64,000 bases of DNA from assembly GCA_030141605.1 (NCBI GenBank), contig JAQGDQ010000165.1, positions 1 through 64,000 of the forward strand, given 5' to 3'. Shown in pieces: positions 1 through 13,334 of this stretch (the first letter of the stretch is position 1; each line of letters begins with the position of its first letter). A model generated the notes under the pieces. That model saw nothing but the letters and a program-made list of their open reading frames with translations, did not search any database and had not been told where the DNA came from. The DNA comes from Tubiluchus corallicola (Eukaryota; Animalia; Priapulida). The position numbers were made by a program, and so were the translations under genes.

Positions 1-500
1 CAACAATGACGAGAGCAGCATTAATGACAACAATGACAAGAGCAGCATTAATGACATCAATGACGAGAGCAGCATTAATGAAGACAATGACAAGAGCAGC
101 ATTAATGAGAACAATGACGAGAGCAGCATAAATGCGAACAATGACGAGAGCAGCATTAATGATAGCAATGACGAGTACAGCATTAATGAAGACAATGACA
201 AGAGCAGCATTAATGATAGCAATGACGAGTACAGCATTAATGAGGACAATGACAAGAGCAGCATTAATGAGGTCAATGACGAGGGCAGCATTAATGAGAA
301 CAATGACGAGAGCAGCATTAATGAGGACAATGACGAGAGCAGCATTAATGAGAACAATGACGAGAGCAGCATTAATGAGAACAATGACGAGAGCAGCATT
401 AATGAGAACAATGACGAGAGCAGCATTAATGATAGCAAGGACGAGAGCAGCATTAATGAGAACAATGACGAGAGCAGCATTAATGATAGCAAGGACGAGT
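1..500. repeat. 27-bp minisatellite (GCAGCATTAATGAGAACAATGACGAGA)n, running off the window start
   Basis: About 18 tandem, slightly variable copies are directly visible. They explain the RAALMRTMT-repeat ORF 132..509. Confidence 0.95.
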
Positions 501-912
501 GTTGGATGACACCACTGAATTACAAACGTCTATTGTAAAGAATTTGTAAAAAAGGAAAAATAAACAATAAACTGCATGTTTATTGCCAAACTGTCTCCAA
601 CTGTAAACATTTTATTCGCTCGTCAACGTCATTTTCTTCTCCTAAAATGTTTCAATCCATCCAATTTCGTTTTTATTGTCGCACGAGTAGATTACATATG
701 ACACCTGCTACTAGCGTCATCTAACGTGATACGATTACACTGCGACGATTAGAAACGTGAAAATTACCGTCTGCAGCAAAACGGAAATGAGATTTAAACT
801 AGATTTCCTTTTTATCATCAGATTTTCTTAGCAGAAAAGAAGTTCCTTATTACTGGTGCACTCGGCGTGTACTCAATAAAATGATGGCTGAACTTAAAAA
901 CGTGTTGTTTTA

Positions 913-955
913 AAGTTTAGCAAGGTTAGATAAGGAGAGTGATTGGATGGGTGAC
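913..955 (+). mobile_element. 5S rRNA-derived (SINE3-like) head relic
   Basis: AAGTTTAGCAAGG...GATTGGATGGGTGAC aligns with the 5S internal control region (AAGCTAAGCAGGG...CTTGGATGGGAGAC). It is diverged and is not a full 5S gene. Confidence 0.45.
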
Positions 956-1408
956 ATTGTTCTGATTCCGAGTACAACAAGCAGCCTGACTGCAGCTAAT
1001 AACTGTGGACAGCCTCAGTCGACAATGTTTTCTTCTAAAATTTAAAACATTTGATTTTATTTAAATTTGTTCAGTATTTTATTGTTTGTCTAGTCAGAGG
1101 ACAAAAGTCGAACGACGTTCACAGTTCGTGACGTCATGGCTTTTGATGACGTTTGCTTCTCTTCACATTTTATCTTTTCTCATTTCTTTGTCAGTTTAAT
1201 TTCTCTTTTGCTTGTATACACTTGACTGTTTGTATGTTTTGTATATTTGCAAAGTTAGGTTATAATCTCGTGGGGAAAAGTGTTTAAAATTTAATACATA
1301 TATTTCTTTTACTATTATCTGCGCATGCGTCAACAGTAAGCTGTATATAAGTATCAATAATAGGCACCACCCTTGAGCCGATAGTCCCTGTAACGCCATG
1401 CACGGTTC

Positions 1409-2032
1409 CAGTGGCGTAACACGTGCTTGTGACGCCCCGGGGGCAGAAAGACTTCTGGCGCTCCACCCTTTTAATATTTTGATCATTTGTTTCGTGGGCA
1501 AAGCCAAAAATTATGCATTTTTTGAGTCAGCCTTGTTGTTCTTAGTCAGTCATTCTTAGAAAAACAAATTTTTTCTAAGAATCAGCCTGAGTTTGATTTG
1601 CGGTACTGCACCAAAGTAACTCTTTTCTATGCATAAGTTGTTCATAGCACAACAGTGCTTAACATTCAGCTCCAGCATTAACTGCATGCTATGACTGTGA
1701 AAGAATACTACAAGTTTCAAAATAATACAAACGCTACTGTTTCTGCCAAAATTACCGATCTGTTAAGCGACATGACACCTTACACGCACCTTAAGTAACA
1801 ACATCAGCCTTTTTCTAGACTGTATGTAGTAAGTAAGTCAGCTACGATGATCTCTGATTAGACAGTTTTGTTGCAGGTTGAAAGCTTTTGTTAATTGTTT
1901 TGTTACTGTCGCATTGGTAATTAATAATTAACAGTCATTGAGCTCTAGAAGAATTTTGCGCCCTCTCACCCTTGCGCTCGGGGGCGATTGCCCCCTTGTC
2001 CCCCCTCCCCCTCCCAACTTGCGACGCGGCTG
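1409..2032. mobile_element. hAT-like MITE
   Basis: Termini CAGTGGCGTAAC...GCGACGCGGCTG form an imperfect TIR. Flanks CACGGTTC / CACAGTGC are a 6/8 match to an 8-bp TSD. Confidence 0.6.
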
Positions 2033-2612
2033 CACAGTGCTTCACAACCTCAGGACGACGCACCTGTTTATTACGCATGTGAAAATTACGTTAAAAATAA
2101 CTACCATAATGTTACGTTTCCAGGGCATTATAAACGCTTACCATAATCCAAAGTCAGTGAACCTTTTCTCGAGGTGGGGAAATTTTTAGTAAAGTAATCT
2201 GATTTCCCTCACACTTTTCTAAGAATACAATTGCAAAGAATGTTTTTAGCTTTTAGAGGGTAAATTACCATATCCGACGTAATTTTCCTGTATAAATTCT
2301 CAAATTCCAAGTTCATTCAACCAAATTGAGCTGCAGAAATTATACACGCCTGTCGACTAAAAGCTCCAAATCGCTTTGTGGTAAAAGATGAAAGTATTAT
2401 TGTTATTATTATTATTCTTCTTCTTTTATTTCTGTAGGGTTTGCCAGGCCTAAACCTAGCTGATTATCAACGCTAGTTCTGCTGAGCCACTGGACCAGCA
2501 GAAGCGGCCCATTCACGATCAGATGTGACTGCATCCTCCTCAGCAAGGTAAACAATCGGAATCGGTATGGTGGATTGATTTGCTAGATCCCCTAGCGAAA
2601 ATTGAACCTTGT

Positions 2613-2655
2613 GGTCACCCATCCATTCATAATGAGTTTTGGCTTTGCTTAACTT
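2613..2655 (-). mobile_element. 5S rRNA-derived (SINE3-like) head relic
   Basis: Minus strand reads AAGTTAAGCAAAGCC...GAATGGATGGGTGACC, with 5S box A / box C spacing. Confidence 0.45.
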
Positions 2656-3469
2656 TAGTCATGATAGTCACTTTAGTCTGTCAGTTTAGGTGTTTCAATT
2701 CCTAATTTAAGTGAATACCTATCTTTTCATCTAACTGTAATGCTGCTACTAGTTATTACACATATATTATGCAATTAGTTTTTATTAATTTTATTTAAAA
2801 TTTATTGACGTGCATTAAAAGTACTTAGCATTTTAAAAATTTAAACATTCAGCTACACAAGTATGACCCTATATAAAAATGACAATAAATACATTTACAT
2901 AAAAATTATGTATCTGTACATATAATACGTGTATTTACATTATGTAAGGTATACATACATATGTCAAGCATACTGGCCTATCGCTCCGCCTCCATTGTGA
3001 CGTAAGCACGCTCATGGGAAATACCACAGTTACGTAGCAGAAAAGAAAAATTTTTCGCTATTGAAAGTTTATTTTATAGGCTCCCTTCGGCCAGTCGTTA
3101 TATGTTTTTAGACTATTGACACGTCCGCATGCTTGTTGAGTTGTTGGTAAAAAATAAAAACGCACGAACTATCAACCGTTCCTTCGTTTGTAGAAATCGT
3201 CATTTCTTTTCTACTATGACCGTCAAACTTTTTCTATGTAGAATCTACCGTAGAACGACAGGACATTTGGTGCACAGATTCTGCGTAACCTGTCCTCAGT
3301 AGCTTCCAGAATTAAAGTTGCGTGCGTAGTGAGTTTCTGGGTATTCACGTGCATATTTTTTTCTTTTTTCTAGCTGACAAATTGCTACTGCCAAGTTAAC
3401 AGATCAAACCAATTAGCAAAGTAGCCGTGATCAACGGTTCAAAATCTGGAAATCTACTAACTTAATTTT

Positions 3470-3960
3470 GTTCCATCTTTGTACGTTTGTGGAATGAGTT
3501 ACCAGATTATATCAAAAATTCTTCCTCTGTAAACATGCTCTCACGTCGCCTCAAGTCACGCTTCAATTTTGTTGAAACTCGTAAGTTTTATTCAAGATGA
3601 GGCTTGGATTCTCACAATTGAACAGCAATTTAAATCTTCATGGTTGTAAATGTAGTGATAGTAACTTAGTTTCAAAAACTTGTGCTTGCGGCTTCTATAG
3701 TAAAAGTATTGAACATCATTTACTTCACTGCCTATGGTACGTTGCTGCTAGACGTTGCATGTTGTTATCAATATCGAATGAGTTTCTCAATGAAGACCTT
3801 GGAAATTTTGAAAACTTCAATAATAATGTCAAAATGCACGTTTTATTTAATGGTTTCCAAGTCGATAATATCCCAATAAATTGTAGGGTATTTACTGCTG
3901 TACACAGTTATATTGGAGAAACTAAACGTTTTAAGTTAAGCTAAATACAATATGTTAAGT
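3470..3960 (+). mobile_element. Decayed non-LTR retrotransposon (CR1/L2-type) ORF2 3' end
   Basis: Translates to SFVRLWNELPD..., RLGFSQLN..L, CACG....IEHHLLHC..Y, typical of LINE ORF2 C-termini. No RT core is present. Confidence 0.75.
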
Positions 3961-5747
3961 TGGTAATGTTATATTACTATTCATTCGCTTGCCTCATATT
4001 CATTAGATTGCGACTATTTTCATTTATTAATTAATAAGCTTGTTTAATTGTTACGTAGATTTTAATTCTTCACTTGTTCTTTCAAGTATTGTATTTGTAT
4101 TACTTCTGAATTACCACTGTGGTGTCCAAAGGTTGTAAAATAAATATATTTAAACTAATTTTGTTCCAACGTTTGCGATTTTAGTCTTTACACGTCGCCG
4201 TCTGAGCCGTGGCTATGAAGCAACATATTTAGAAAATCAGTCAACTATGTACGCTACTTTAATTTCAGTTTTATCTTCAGAACTACTTCCGTCAACCATT
4301 GAGTGAAAATTCCACCGGCACATAGTCACTTTACGCATATAATTACAGATTAAAAAAAGAAATAAATTTGGGCTTCGGAGACAGGATGTTACATATCGCC
4401 CCTGTCTCAAGTAATTTCTTCCATTCAAAACTAAATGTCATCGAATGGCGCTATTGTCTAGAAGGAGAAACTTTTATGTTTTAAAAATCAAAAGGTCGAG
4501 TTCGGAGATCGGATCAACCTGTCGCTCCCGTCTCGCAAACGGGCGCATGCACAGTTACAGCTGGGTTCATCACAGTGTAGATCATAGCTTACCCTCTATT
4601 ACCTATTCTGTGGTTCTCCAGTTCACAGCTGGCTGCACGATGCACCTTGTGACTTACAACAGTGAAGGGCTGATCGTTGAAAGGATAAGCCCTTGCTGAG
4701 GCAACATTTGCTTGACTGAAGAAGCAAGGATCTCTACTCCAACTCTCCCCAGTAAACTTAGTCTTACCAAAATGTATATATGAGCAATCAACTTTTAAAA
4801 CAACAGCTTGTGGCGTCTTAGATGCGTTGTGCAACTTCAATAAAACACCTTGTGGTGTGTTAGTTGCAACGTCTAAGTTATTTGCCGCGTTGTTATCAGG
4901 TTACTACGAAACAGTCAAGGTAGAGTACCTATATATTTACTGCGTAAGTGGAGTTACGCGTCGTTTGACATGACCCTCCTGATCACTTTATTCCATGCTC
5001 ACCTGTCACATGAGCAACCTCCCATTTCTCTGTATCTTTGATATCTAATGGTGTGTTGATAAGACCTTTTTGGATGAAATTGATGTAAGTCAGCAGCTGT
5101 CCTCCTTGCTGTTTCTTTTCTTTCTGCAGTTGCGCAAAACTATTCGAGTCTACTGTCCCAGAAATGAACTAGTAACTGACTCCCAGGAACCTGGGCCTCG
5201 CGGAGGCAGAACAGAATCACATTTAGCTTTAACAAAACTCTCCGTGTCAGAGTGAAGCTTCTCTTTTGAAACACATTTTATCTCAAGAAATCAGAAACCA
5301 TCTTCAAGTCAATAAGTTTTTTCTTTATTTGTGTCATATCAATCGATTGTGGGGTTATGGGTGGCAGAGCTTTTAGCAACAAATACCGGCTTTACTTTTA
5401 AATTACTTAACCTTTGACCTTTCATGATTATCGTCAATCGCTGGAACTGTGAAAATGCTTATTGCTTTGATTGTTTTTAATTCCTATTTATGTTTCGAAA
5501 AACGGACAGAAAAGGTGGTCTAAATTAGTCTAAATATCTTGAAAAAACGATTCTATTCAGTAATTCACAGTCGGCGCTGCATTTTGGCTTCGCAAAGAAC
5601 TTTGAAATGGTATTGATGCAGCCACTGCAAACAAATTTCTAATGACTGGAATAAGAAATATGCCATGACACACAGTAGAAATCACATTTTTGCAGTTCGC
5701 AGTGGTCCACCGTAGTCTGTCAGTGCGATTTTGCTTACTTCTCAAAG

Positions 5748-6288
5748 TTAAAAGGAAAGACCAAATCAGTCAGTATGTTGGGTTTATTTTACAGTTATCA
5801 CTCAAACTTAGAAAAATATAACAAAAAAATTTGCAAAAGACTGTCTATAAAGCGTAAGCTTAAAATGTACTACCTCTGACTAAAAATTTCTAAGCGTGCC
5901 CCCAATCACTTGAAAATCATGACGTAAGTGGGAGACTTCATGACTTTTCGTAAGCGTGACGTGACTTTGACTCATTCAAACTTTTGCAGCTTTCCTAATA
6001 TTCAAGCACAAATGTTACAAAATTAGCTAACTAAATTTTTTGTAAAACGTTATTGTACCTTTAACAAAGATTGACAGTGCGCTACTTTTCTTCAGGGCGT
6101 ATGACGTCATTGGAAGAAGAATGGGCGTTCAAAATGGGTAGAGCCCAAGTATGAAGTGACCACGATTTTAAAGTTATTTTACTAGTTACACGAAGTGCTT
6201 GTTGCAGTTTTATTACTAAATTTTTCTAAGATTTTTCGCGAACACTGAAATAGGCCTAATCTTCTATACGGCTTGGCCTTTCCTTTAA
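5748..6288. mobile_element. TTAA-flanked (Kolobok-like) MITE, family 2
   Basis: TTAAAAGGAAAGACCAA...TTGGCCTTTCCTTTAA termini. An inverted partial copy lies at about 33470-33685. Confidence 0.6.
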
Positions 6289-7662
6289 TCAATAAACAGA
6301 AAAGTCAGGATATGTGTTTATTACGGTTATACCATCAGGCAGGTGTGAGATTCACACTACTCAATGTAAATACTGTGAACAAAGAAACGTAATAGTATCT
6401 AAAAATAGGATTCTAAGATACGTCATATTGCTAAATTAGCATAATTTACAACTAATGCCACTTAACTTCGAATAAGTACCTCTCTCTTGTCTACTTATCC
6501 CTATAAATACGGTGTTTTACCTTGACTAAGTTAACGAACAGGACGTTGTGCTTGCGTCATCACGAGCAGGTGTGTAATAATCAGAATCAAGTCATCCTGA
6601 AACAGAGGTCTAGCTATTGCGTTACAGGAATAAATAGAATAGATAAATAGGATAATGCAAAGAATTATTATTTAGAAATATTAATAGTTATAATATAATT
6701 TCAGTTGATTCTGTTAAAAAACAAGAAAAGGGGTTCTTGAAGTAGGTTTCAGAAAAATCGCTTTAAAAATTATAATTATTACTTTAAAGCAGTTTTATGC
6801 ATATATCGTACTCGTGTTAAAAGGAATTTTAGTTTGTTTTCATTTTAAATCTCCCACAGTACTGTTCCGACCGCGCCATTACGTGACGTAATATACGCAC
6901 AAGGTAAATCAGAGGAAGAAAAGGAAATGTTAAATTATATCCCAAAAAACTTTCTATGCAAATCTTTATTACTTAGCATTTCGCTTACCTACTGAAAAGA
7001 CTTACGTAACTAAAATAATAATTTAAAATGTTCGTGCCGATTGGTAAAAAGCTGGCTGACTCACTCTGCAGGGTGCACCACTCACTAACCAAAAACGTAT
7101 TTTTAATCTTATTGACAAGATACAGAAATTTAAAATTTTACTTAGTTGTAACGTGTGTGCTACGAATGCTCTGATTATTTTTCCAAACTTCACGCAATGT
7201 TATCTAAACATGTTTCAAACAACCTACCATCAAATTGGCTGCGCCCTACAGTCGTCGTGGGAGTTTAAATATACAGGTTTTATACAGTGTTACTGGCGAC
7301 GCAAGCCTGGATGTAAAATGGCAGTTTGTAAGTGGTACAAAATTTCAAGACGATTTTTTAAGATTTATGTAAGTGGAGGGTTTTCTTGTGCACTAAGCTT
7401 CTTGTAAACTACACTAGTATAACTGATTATAATTTTAATCCTAATTATTGAAATCACACAATAACTGCACATAAAATTCTCTTCAGTTAGAGTTCTGAAG
7501 TGGAAAACAAGCGTGTTCGTGAAGTCGTTATAATTTACATAATTTTTTAATGAATAATACTTAAGAATTTTACGTAAGAATCGATTGATTCGTGACATAA
7601 AGAATTTTATAGTACTTACATAATATCATATTGATTCTATTTACCCTGTAGTGCAATGGCTA

Positions 7663-8492
7663 GGGTTAATGTCGGACAATGTGTTTTGCGGTTTCCTAAA
7701 ACCCATTAAATTACCTGGACGTTGTTTTTTCCTTTCATTGTTAATACTTTAGACTGTCATTTTCACTATTGTTTGGTAGTTCATCATTTGGCAAACCGTA
7801 TGGTTGTGAACATACAAGCTCACTTAATGAGTACGCTTATTCCTAACTGTATTAACGTTTTTTAATTTGCTCATAAACAGACCTAACGCATTATTTACCG
7901 CATCCGTTTCAGAAATGGTTTATTTTCTAAGTTAGTTTTTCCCTGATACTTTCATGCCACACTTGTAAAACACCATATTTGTTTGTTTATTACACAAATA
8001 ACCGAAGCAGTGTCCGACTTTACCCAAAAGCCTAGGCTAATCTCGGAGAATTGAACTTTTGGTTCCGACTTTCCGCCGGAATTAATTTTTTTAGATAAAT
8101 AACATAGATTTTTGGTCATTTGAGCCAAAATGTAAAAATAATATGATTCTGATCGTTTTAGAAATATGGGGAGAAAACCGTTTATCGAAACGGTTGGTAA
8201 AATGTTGCAAATGTAAAAAACGCAAAGAATAAAAGAGGAAAACTTCAACGATTGAGCCATGATTGAAAGTAATCTGTTATCAAAGCATATTATTCACAAG
8301 TGAACAACACAGAGAAAAATGTCTGTGAGGAGGGTGGCGCTTGCTTATTCTATTCTATAATATTTCTCTCATCTCATCACTGATCAATCTCGATGTTTTA
8401 AACCATTTAAATGCCACAACCACTTTGTTAATTACGTTCGACGTTGCCCTATTAACTGTCCGACATTACCTGCAAGTGTCCGACATTACCCC
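7663..8492. mobile_element. Putative non-autonomous DNA transposon
   Basis: GGGTTAATGTCGGACA at the left end and TGTCCGACATTACCCC at the right end form an inverted pair. The interior is non-coding. Confidence 0.4.
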
Positions 8493-10799
8493 ATTTTTTG
8501 AAATGACGTAGCAAAGCATTTGTCGAGAACAAGAATAAATCTGGCATTCGCCGAGAACGGAGAATTTATTTTGGTTCCTAGATCTCGCTTATTTCGGGTT
8601 TAGCCCAGAAAGGTGGGAGAGTCCCTGTATCAAACTAAATGTTTTATCTAAAATTTGTTCTCGAAAGGTATTTAATTACTGTTTGATGTCCATTGCCTTG
8701 TCACCTATATATGCTTGTAAATGAAAGCAGTAAACAACTGAGTTAAAACATCACGATGTACTTATTTACATTATCACTTCATATATAACGACATAACATA
8801 ACAACATAATAACTTCACAACATGACCTGTAACTGAAACAAAATAGTGTTAGTCAGTGTCACGAAGTTAACAATTCAATATATGAATATCCAGATATTGA
8901 GCATACCACGCAACATATAGAACATACAACACAAGGAGAAAAACATTGATGCTGTACATAGGATGAAGCGACTCAAACGTAGTAGGGACGTTTATATAAA
9001 AAATACAATACTAACAAAAGCACAATGATAACAAACGCACAATGATAACAAACGCACAATACTAACAAAAGCACAATAACACATAAAAAGCAACAATAGA
9101 AAGAATACATTTATAGGCTGCGAGTTCAAATTAAAGTTATTTGCTATCCTGTTTCTCTTCCCTTTTCTTACTGATGTCGTGTATAAAATTTATTACTAAG
9201 GTTCTCATCTTTACTTCATTTAGGCCATTAATAAACATAAACTGTTCACTTACCGGCATTTCTGCAAAACGAGGAAATATTTTTTAAATATTTTCAAATA
9301 CAACTTTTCTCTCATTTTAATAAGCAGGACATGTGATTTCGTCTTCTACTTGATTCATCTCACATATTCTTTGGTGAGCAGGTATGTTTGTTTATGATAC
9401 CTTCGCTCTCAATATCCAATTTGTGCGCACTAATCCTGAATCTTGTGTATATAGTATACGTTCGCTTGGAATATATCATCCTGGGATTCTTTATTCCCGA
9501 CACACTTAGTGTCTTTATTGCGTGAAGAAAACTGGCTCCTATACGTGGAGAAAAACTAACTTTCCTTTAACTACAGTTAGTACATAATAAGTTAAGAGAT
9601 AGCTTTGCCTCTTAACGTGGGGAAAAACCTACTTGGTCAACTTTCAAAGCCGTCGGGTTTTTCCCAACGAGGTATTTCCTGCCTCGGACTTTATACCAGG
9701 TCTATTCGTTAAACCATTACACGATTAATGACGCGATAAGACAGGTTTCCTGTATACATACTTGCACAATAAAACTACAGAAGTAATTATGTATTCCTTC
9801 TTTAAGTACTTCATACAATTATCTATACAGAGCAAATAGTAATTTTCGTACTTCGGAAATGAGTTTCCAACAGCATTTAATTGTCACAGCTTTTTACATT
9901 TTGTACACCTACCCCATTTTCTGTACTTCCTGATTTCTTAACAGCATAACTTTAGTTTACTGGGCAGTATTCGTAGAAGATTGCAACAATATGTATAGGA
10001 CCTTGAAATAAGCTATTTTTGTTTCACATTACCCCATTTTAATAACATCTTACAATTTTCAATTCCTTACTGCTTGAAAACCATATAGGCGGAAAAACAG
10101 ACGCACAGACGAACGGTCGGTCACGTGCACATATCTCATTCCTCGTTTAGGAAGCGCATTTTCGACTTTTTTGATTATCGATTATAGATTCGTTGGAATT
10201 TTCTGCGATTTTTGCTCATTTTTTTCCACTATCAAAATATAGTGTTCACAATTACAAAGTCCTACTTCTTCTACTGTTTATATTTTAAGAGAAAGTTTAT
10301 GTGGGTAAAACTCTTCTACTGTTAGTTTAGTCACTCATTTCACATGATTTGCTTGTTAACTTGTCAAAACCAAACCCAGTCCAATTTTCGCTTTTGCAAA
10401 CACGTGTAACATATTCCACAAACTCGTGGAATATGTTTGATTTTGAAAATTATGTTTATTTGTGATGTCATTACTAGTTGGGCTGGCCCACCGTTAATTA
10501 AGATTTTAATCTATTATGTAATTATTGGAACCGCATTATTAAGTGTGTTAAAATGTATACTTTTTACCGGACTTCCTTTATATCCCGGTTCCGCCATTAT
10601 CATCAGCATCCGTAGACATAAAGTTAAATGATGGATACGGATTTGCAGTTTGCAAAGTTGGACAATTGGTTATTGGTCGTCTACTTGCGCAATATAATAG
10701 CGACACTTTGTTCCTTCTAACTTGGAGGTCGTTCCTGAACTCCGAAAAGTGAAATTTTTGTTACGAAAGGAAAATTGTCCTCATTCTCTTTTAGACTGA

Positions 10800-11330
10800 G
10801 GTAACAGCAACAGCAACTGCAACAGCAAAAGGAATGGCAACAGCAAAACAACAGTAACCGCAACAACAGTAACAGCAACAGTAACAACAACGGTAACAAC
10901 AATAATAACAGCAAGAACAACAGTAAGAACAACAACAACAACAGCAATTGCAACCAGCGCTAACAATAGATTAGCACCAACACCCGAACCAGCAGAAAAA
11001 TCACAAAATACGATACGAAAAAGAAGCATTCAGAAAATGGGTAAATAGGTAAACGTGCCTGAAGAACAACGACGAGAGCGGCGATGGCGACAGTAATATC
11101 AACATCAGCAGCAGAACAATGACAGCGACTACGAAAACAACAATAATGACAACATAACGACAACAACATAATCATTAGCATCTTCACTATCATTATCGTC
11201 ATCGTCGTCGCTGCCATCATCATCGTAATCATCATCAACATCATCATTACTATCACCATCGTCATCACCATCATCATCGTCATTAACAACGGTAGCAGCA
11301 ACAATGGTGCCAATGGTGCGACAGCAACAA
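10800..11330. repeat. Compound CAA/CAG and CAT/CGT trinucleotide low-complexity region
   Basis: Directly visible. Source of the poly-L/V/M/D ORFs. Confidence 0.9.
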
Positions 11331-11597
11331 GACCTAAAATCCCACAAAGAACGTAATTTGGAAAATTAAACGTGATGTAAGCATAAAATTAAAGAACTAT
11401 TATAAAATCAGCTCGTGCAAATGGGTGTCGTGCTGATGCATAAAATTAAAAAACCTTTTAAAAATGGGTTCGTGGAAAACATTGGGAATTCGTGCAGAGA
11501 TACTCGTGAATTCGTGCAGAGATACTTGTGAATTCGTGCAGAGATAATAAAATTTACAAATTTACAAGTTTTCAAATTCAGGACAAGTTGACAACAC

Positions 11598-11698
11598 TAT
11601 AAATTGCGACCGAACGACCAGTAACGACGAACGTTACTGAAGACACAGATATCTGAAGTTTGACAGAGGAAGGCGTAGAAACTTCATACAGCCAACAG
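11598..11698 (+). promoter_or_regulatory. Candidate core promoter and non-coding exon 1 of Spaetzle-like gene A
   Basis: TATAAA at 11598 and a strong donor CAG|GTAAGC at 11698/11699. Shares CGAACGAC..GT and ATC.GAAGTT with the equivalent region of gene B. Confidence 0.5.
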
Positions 11699-11779
11699 GT
11701 AAGCTAGCTAGGTACACATTAACATTGACTGCAAGTTATTCTAAGTACACATATCAGTTGACGCAGAAAGAAGTTTAGA

Positions 11780-12260
11780 CAATAATATTCATAATCATAT
11801 TTGTTAGTGCCAAAATACATACAATACAAGCAAAAACAAGACATCATACAATTTCAATTTTGGAATATAGCGACACTGCAGGCAAACAAAACAATTACTC
11901 ACAAAACAAAATTAATGTTATAAAATCGCTCCTGTTAGTTATTTTAGTTATTTAAATCAAGAGTTTAATGATTAGTATTTAAAATAAATTGTCACACATT
12001 TGGCCTCACTTTCAATGATATGATCACGGCATGGTATATTCATCATGTCTAGAAAACGCTTTTTCAATAAATGCCTTAAATACTTCTATATCATTACTTC
12101 TCATTAAGAATAAAAATTTATCAGCATCGCTCATAAGGAAAAATTCTGGTATAATTCCATTGATGTGATTATATAATTTTCCTCTAAGATCATTGTAATA
12201 TGGGCATTTTATAACAAAGTGTAATTCGTCTTCGATTTCATTCCTTAAACAATATGTGCA
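11780..12260 (-). mobile_element. LINE ORF2 3'-end fragment
   Basis: Minus strand encodes EIEDELHFVIKCPYYNDLR. Closely similar to 18865-19335. Confidence 0.75.
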
Positions 12261-13334
12261 TGAATAATATTAGAAGGAAGGGCTCTACAAAACTGAAACC
12301 TACATCAGTTTTAGGCTGTGATAGCTACAAGTTTGTGGCATTAGCGGTTTTTAAGTTTTGGCTACAAATTTTTTGCATATTAAAAAAATAAATGGCTGAA
12401 CAATGTCAGCTAATTGTCAGCTGAAAAACAACGGCATTGATGTATAAATCACTCAAAATATGGCAGCAAAACGATAAAGAAATCAATCAGTTTGTGACGT
12501 ATTAGGTAAAAATGACACAGCTAAAAATACATATCATAATTATTTTAATTGCTTTCTTATTAGTGAAGTTATCTGTATCAAAGCAATACATGTACCATTT
12601 TCTCCTACTTTTTGATTTGTGCCGTTTTTTCTTGTGCCAGTTTTTCCAACTTTTCCATTTGTGCCATTTTTCCTATGTCATTTTTACTTACTTTTCCATT
12701 TGTGCCATTTTTCCTGTGCCATTTTTGCCTGTGCAGTTTTTACCTACATTTGTTTATGTCATGATCTTCACCATAGCATAGATAATTAGGCATTGAAAAA
12801 GATTTGTTACCAAGAAGAAGAGGGACTCAATCTTCTGGATTACAGTATCTGCAATTCTTTTAAAGAGAAAGAGTACAACGGCCACGCAGAGCTGTTTGAT
12901 GCAAATGAACTAAAGAGAAGAGCTGTTGATAGGGTGGGATCAAAATTAATACCCCTTAAAGAATTGAAAAACTGTGTCAGCTATTGATGAAAACGCCTTA
13001 GCCAAATTTGCAATGAAAAGGATAAACGCATAGAGCATTTGCTTTTAATTGTAACAATAGTGATTAGGGACAAAAAATTTTCAGCATTTTCATTTCCGAC
13101 ATATTCACTTAAAACTTCTGTATTTTTGGATAAATTTATGGGAATGACTTAAGATTTTTTATGTCTATACTTAATGTCTGTAATATCAATGTGGCAATTT
13201 TCAAGCAATTCTATTGTTTTGATCTTATAATATCGTGATGAAAACTTCGGTACATTTTTTCTATACCACCCGGTGCATTTTTGCTAAAACCACAAATAAT
13301 TCTTTTTGCCATTAAACTTTATAGAATCTGAACA

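Noticed and set aside
132-509. 125-aa repetitive ORF
   Set aside because: A by-product of a 27-bp (multiple of 3) minisatellite. No other coding evidence, although the array is truncated by the window edge.
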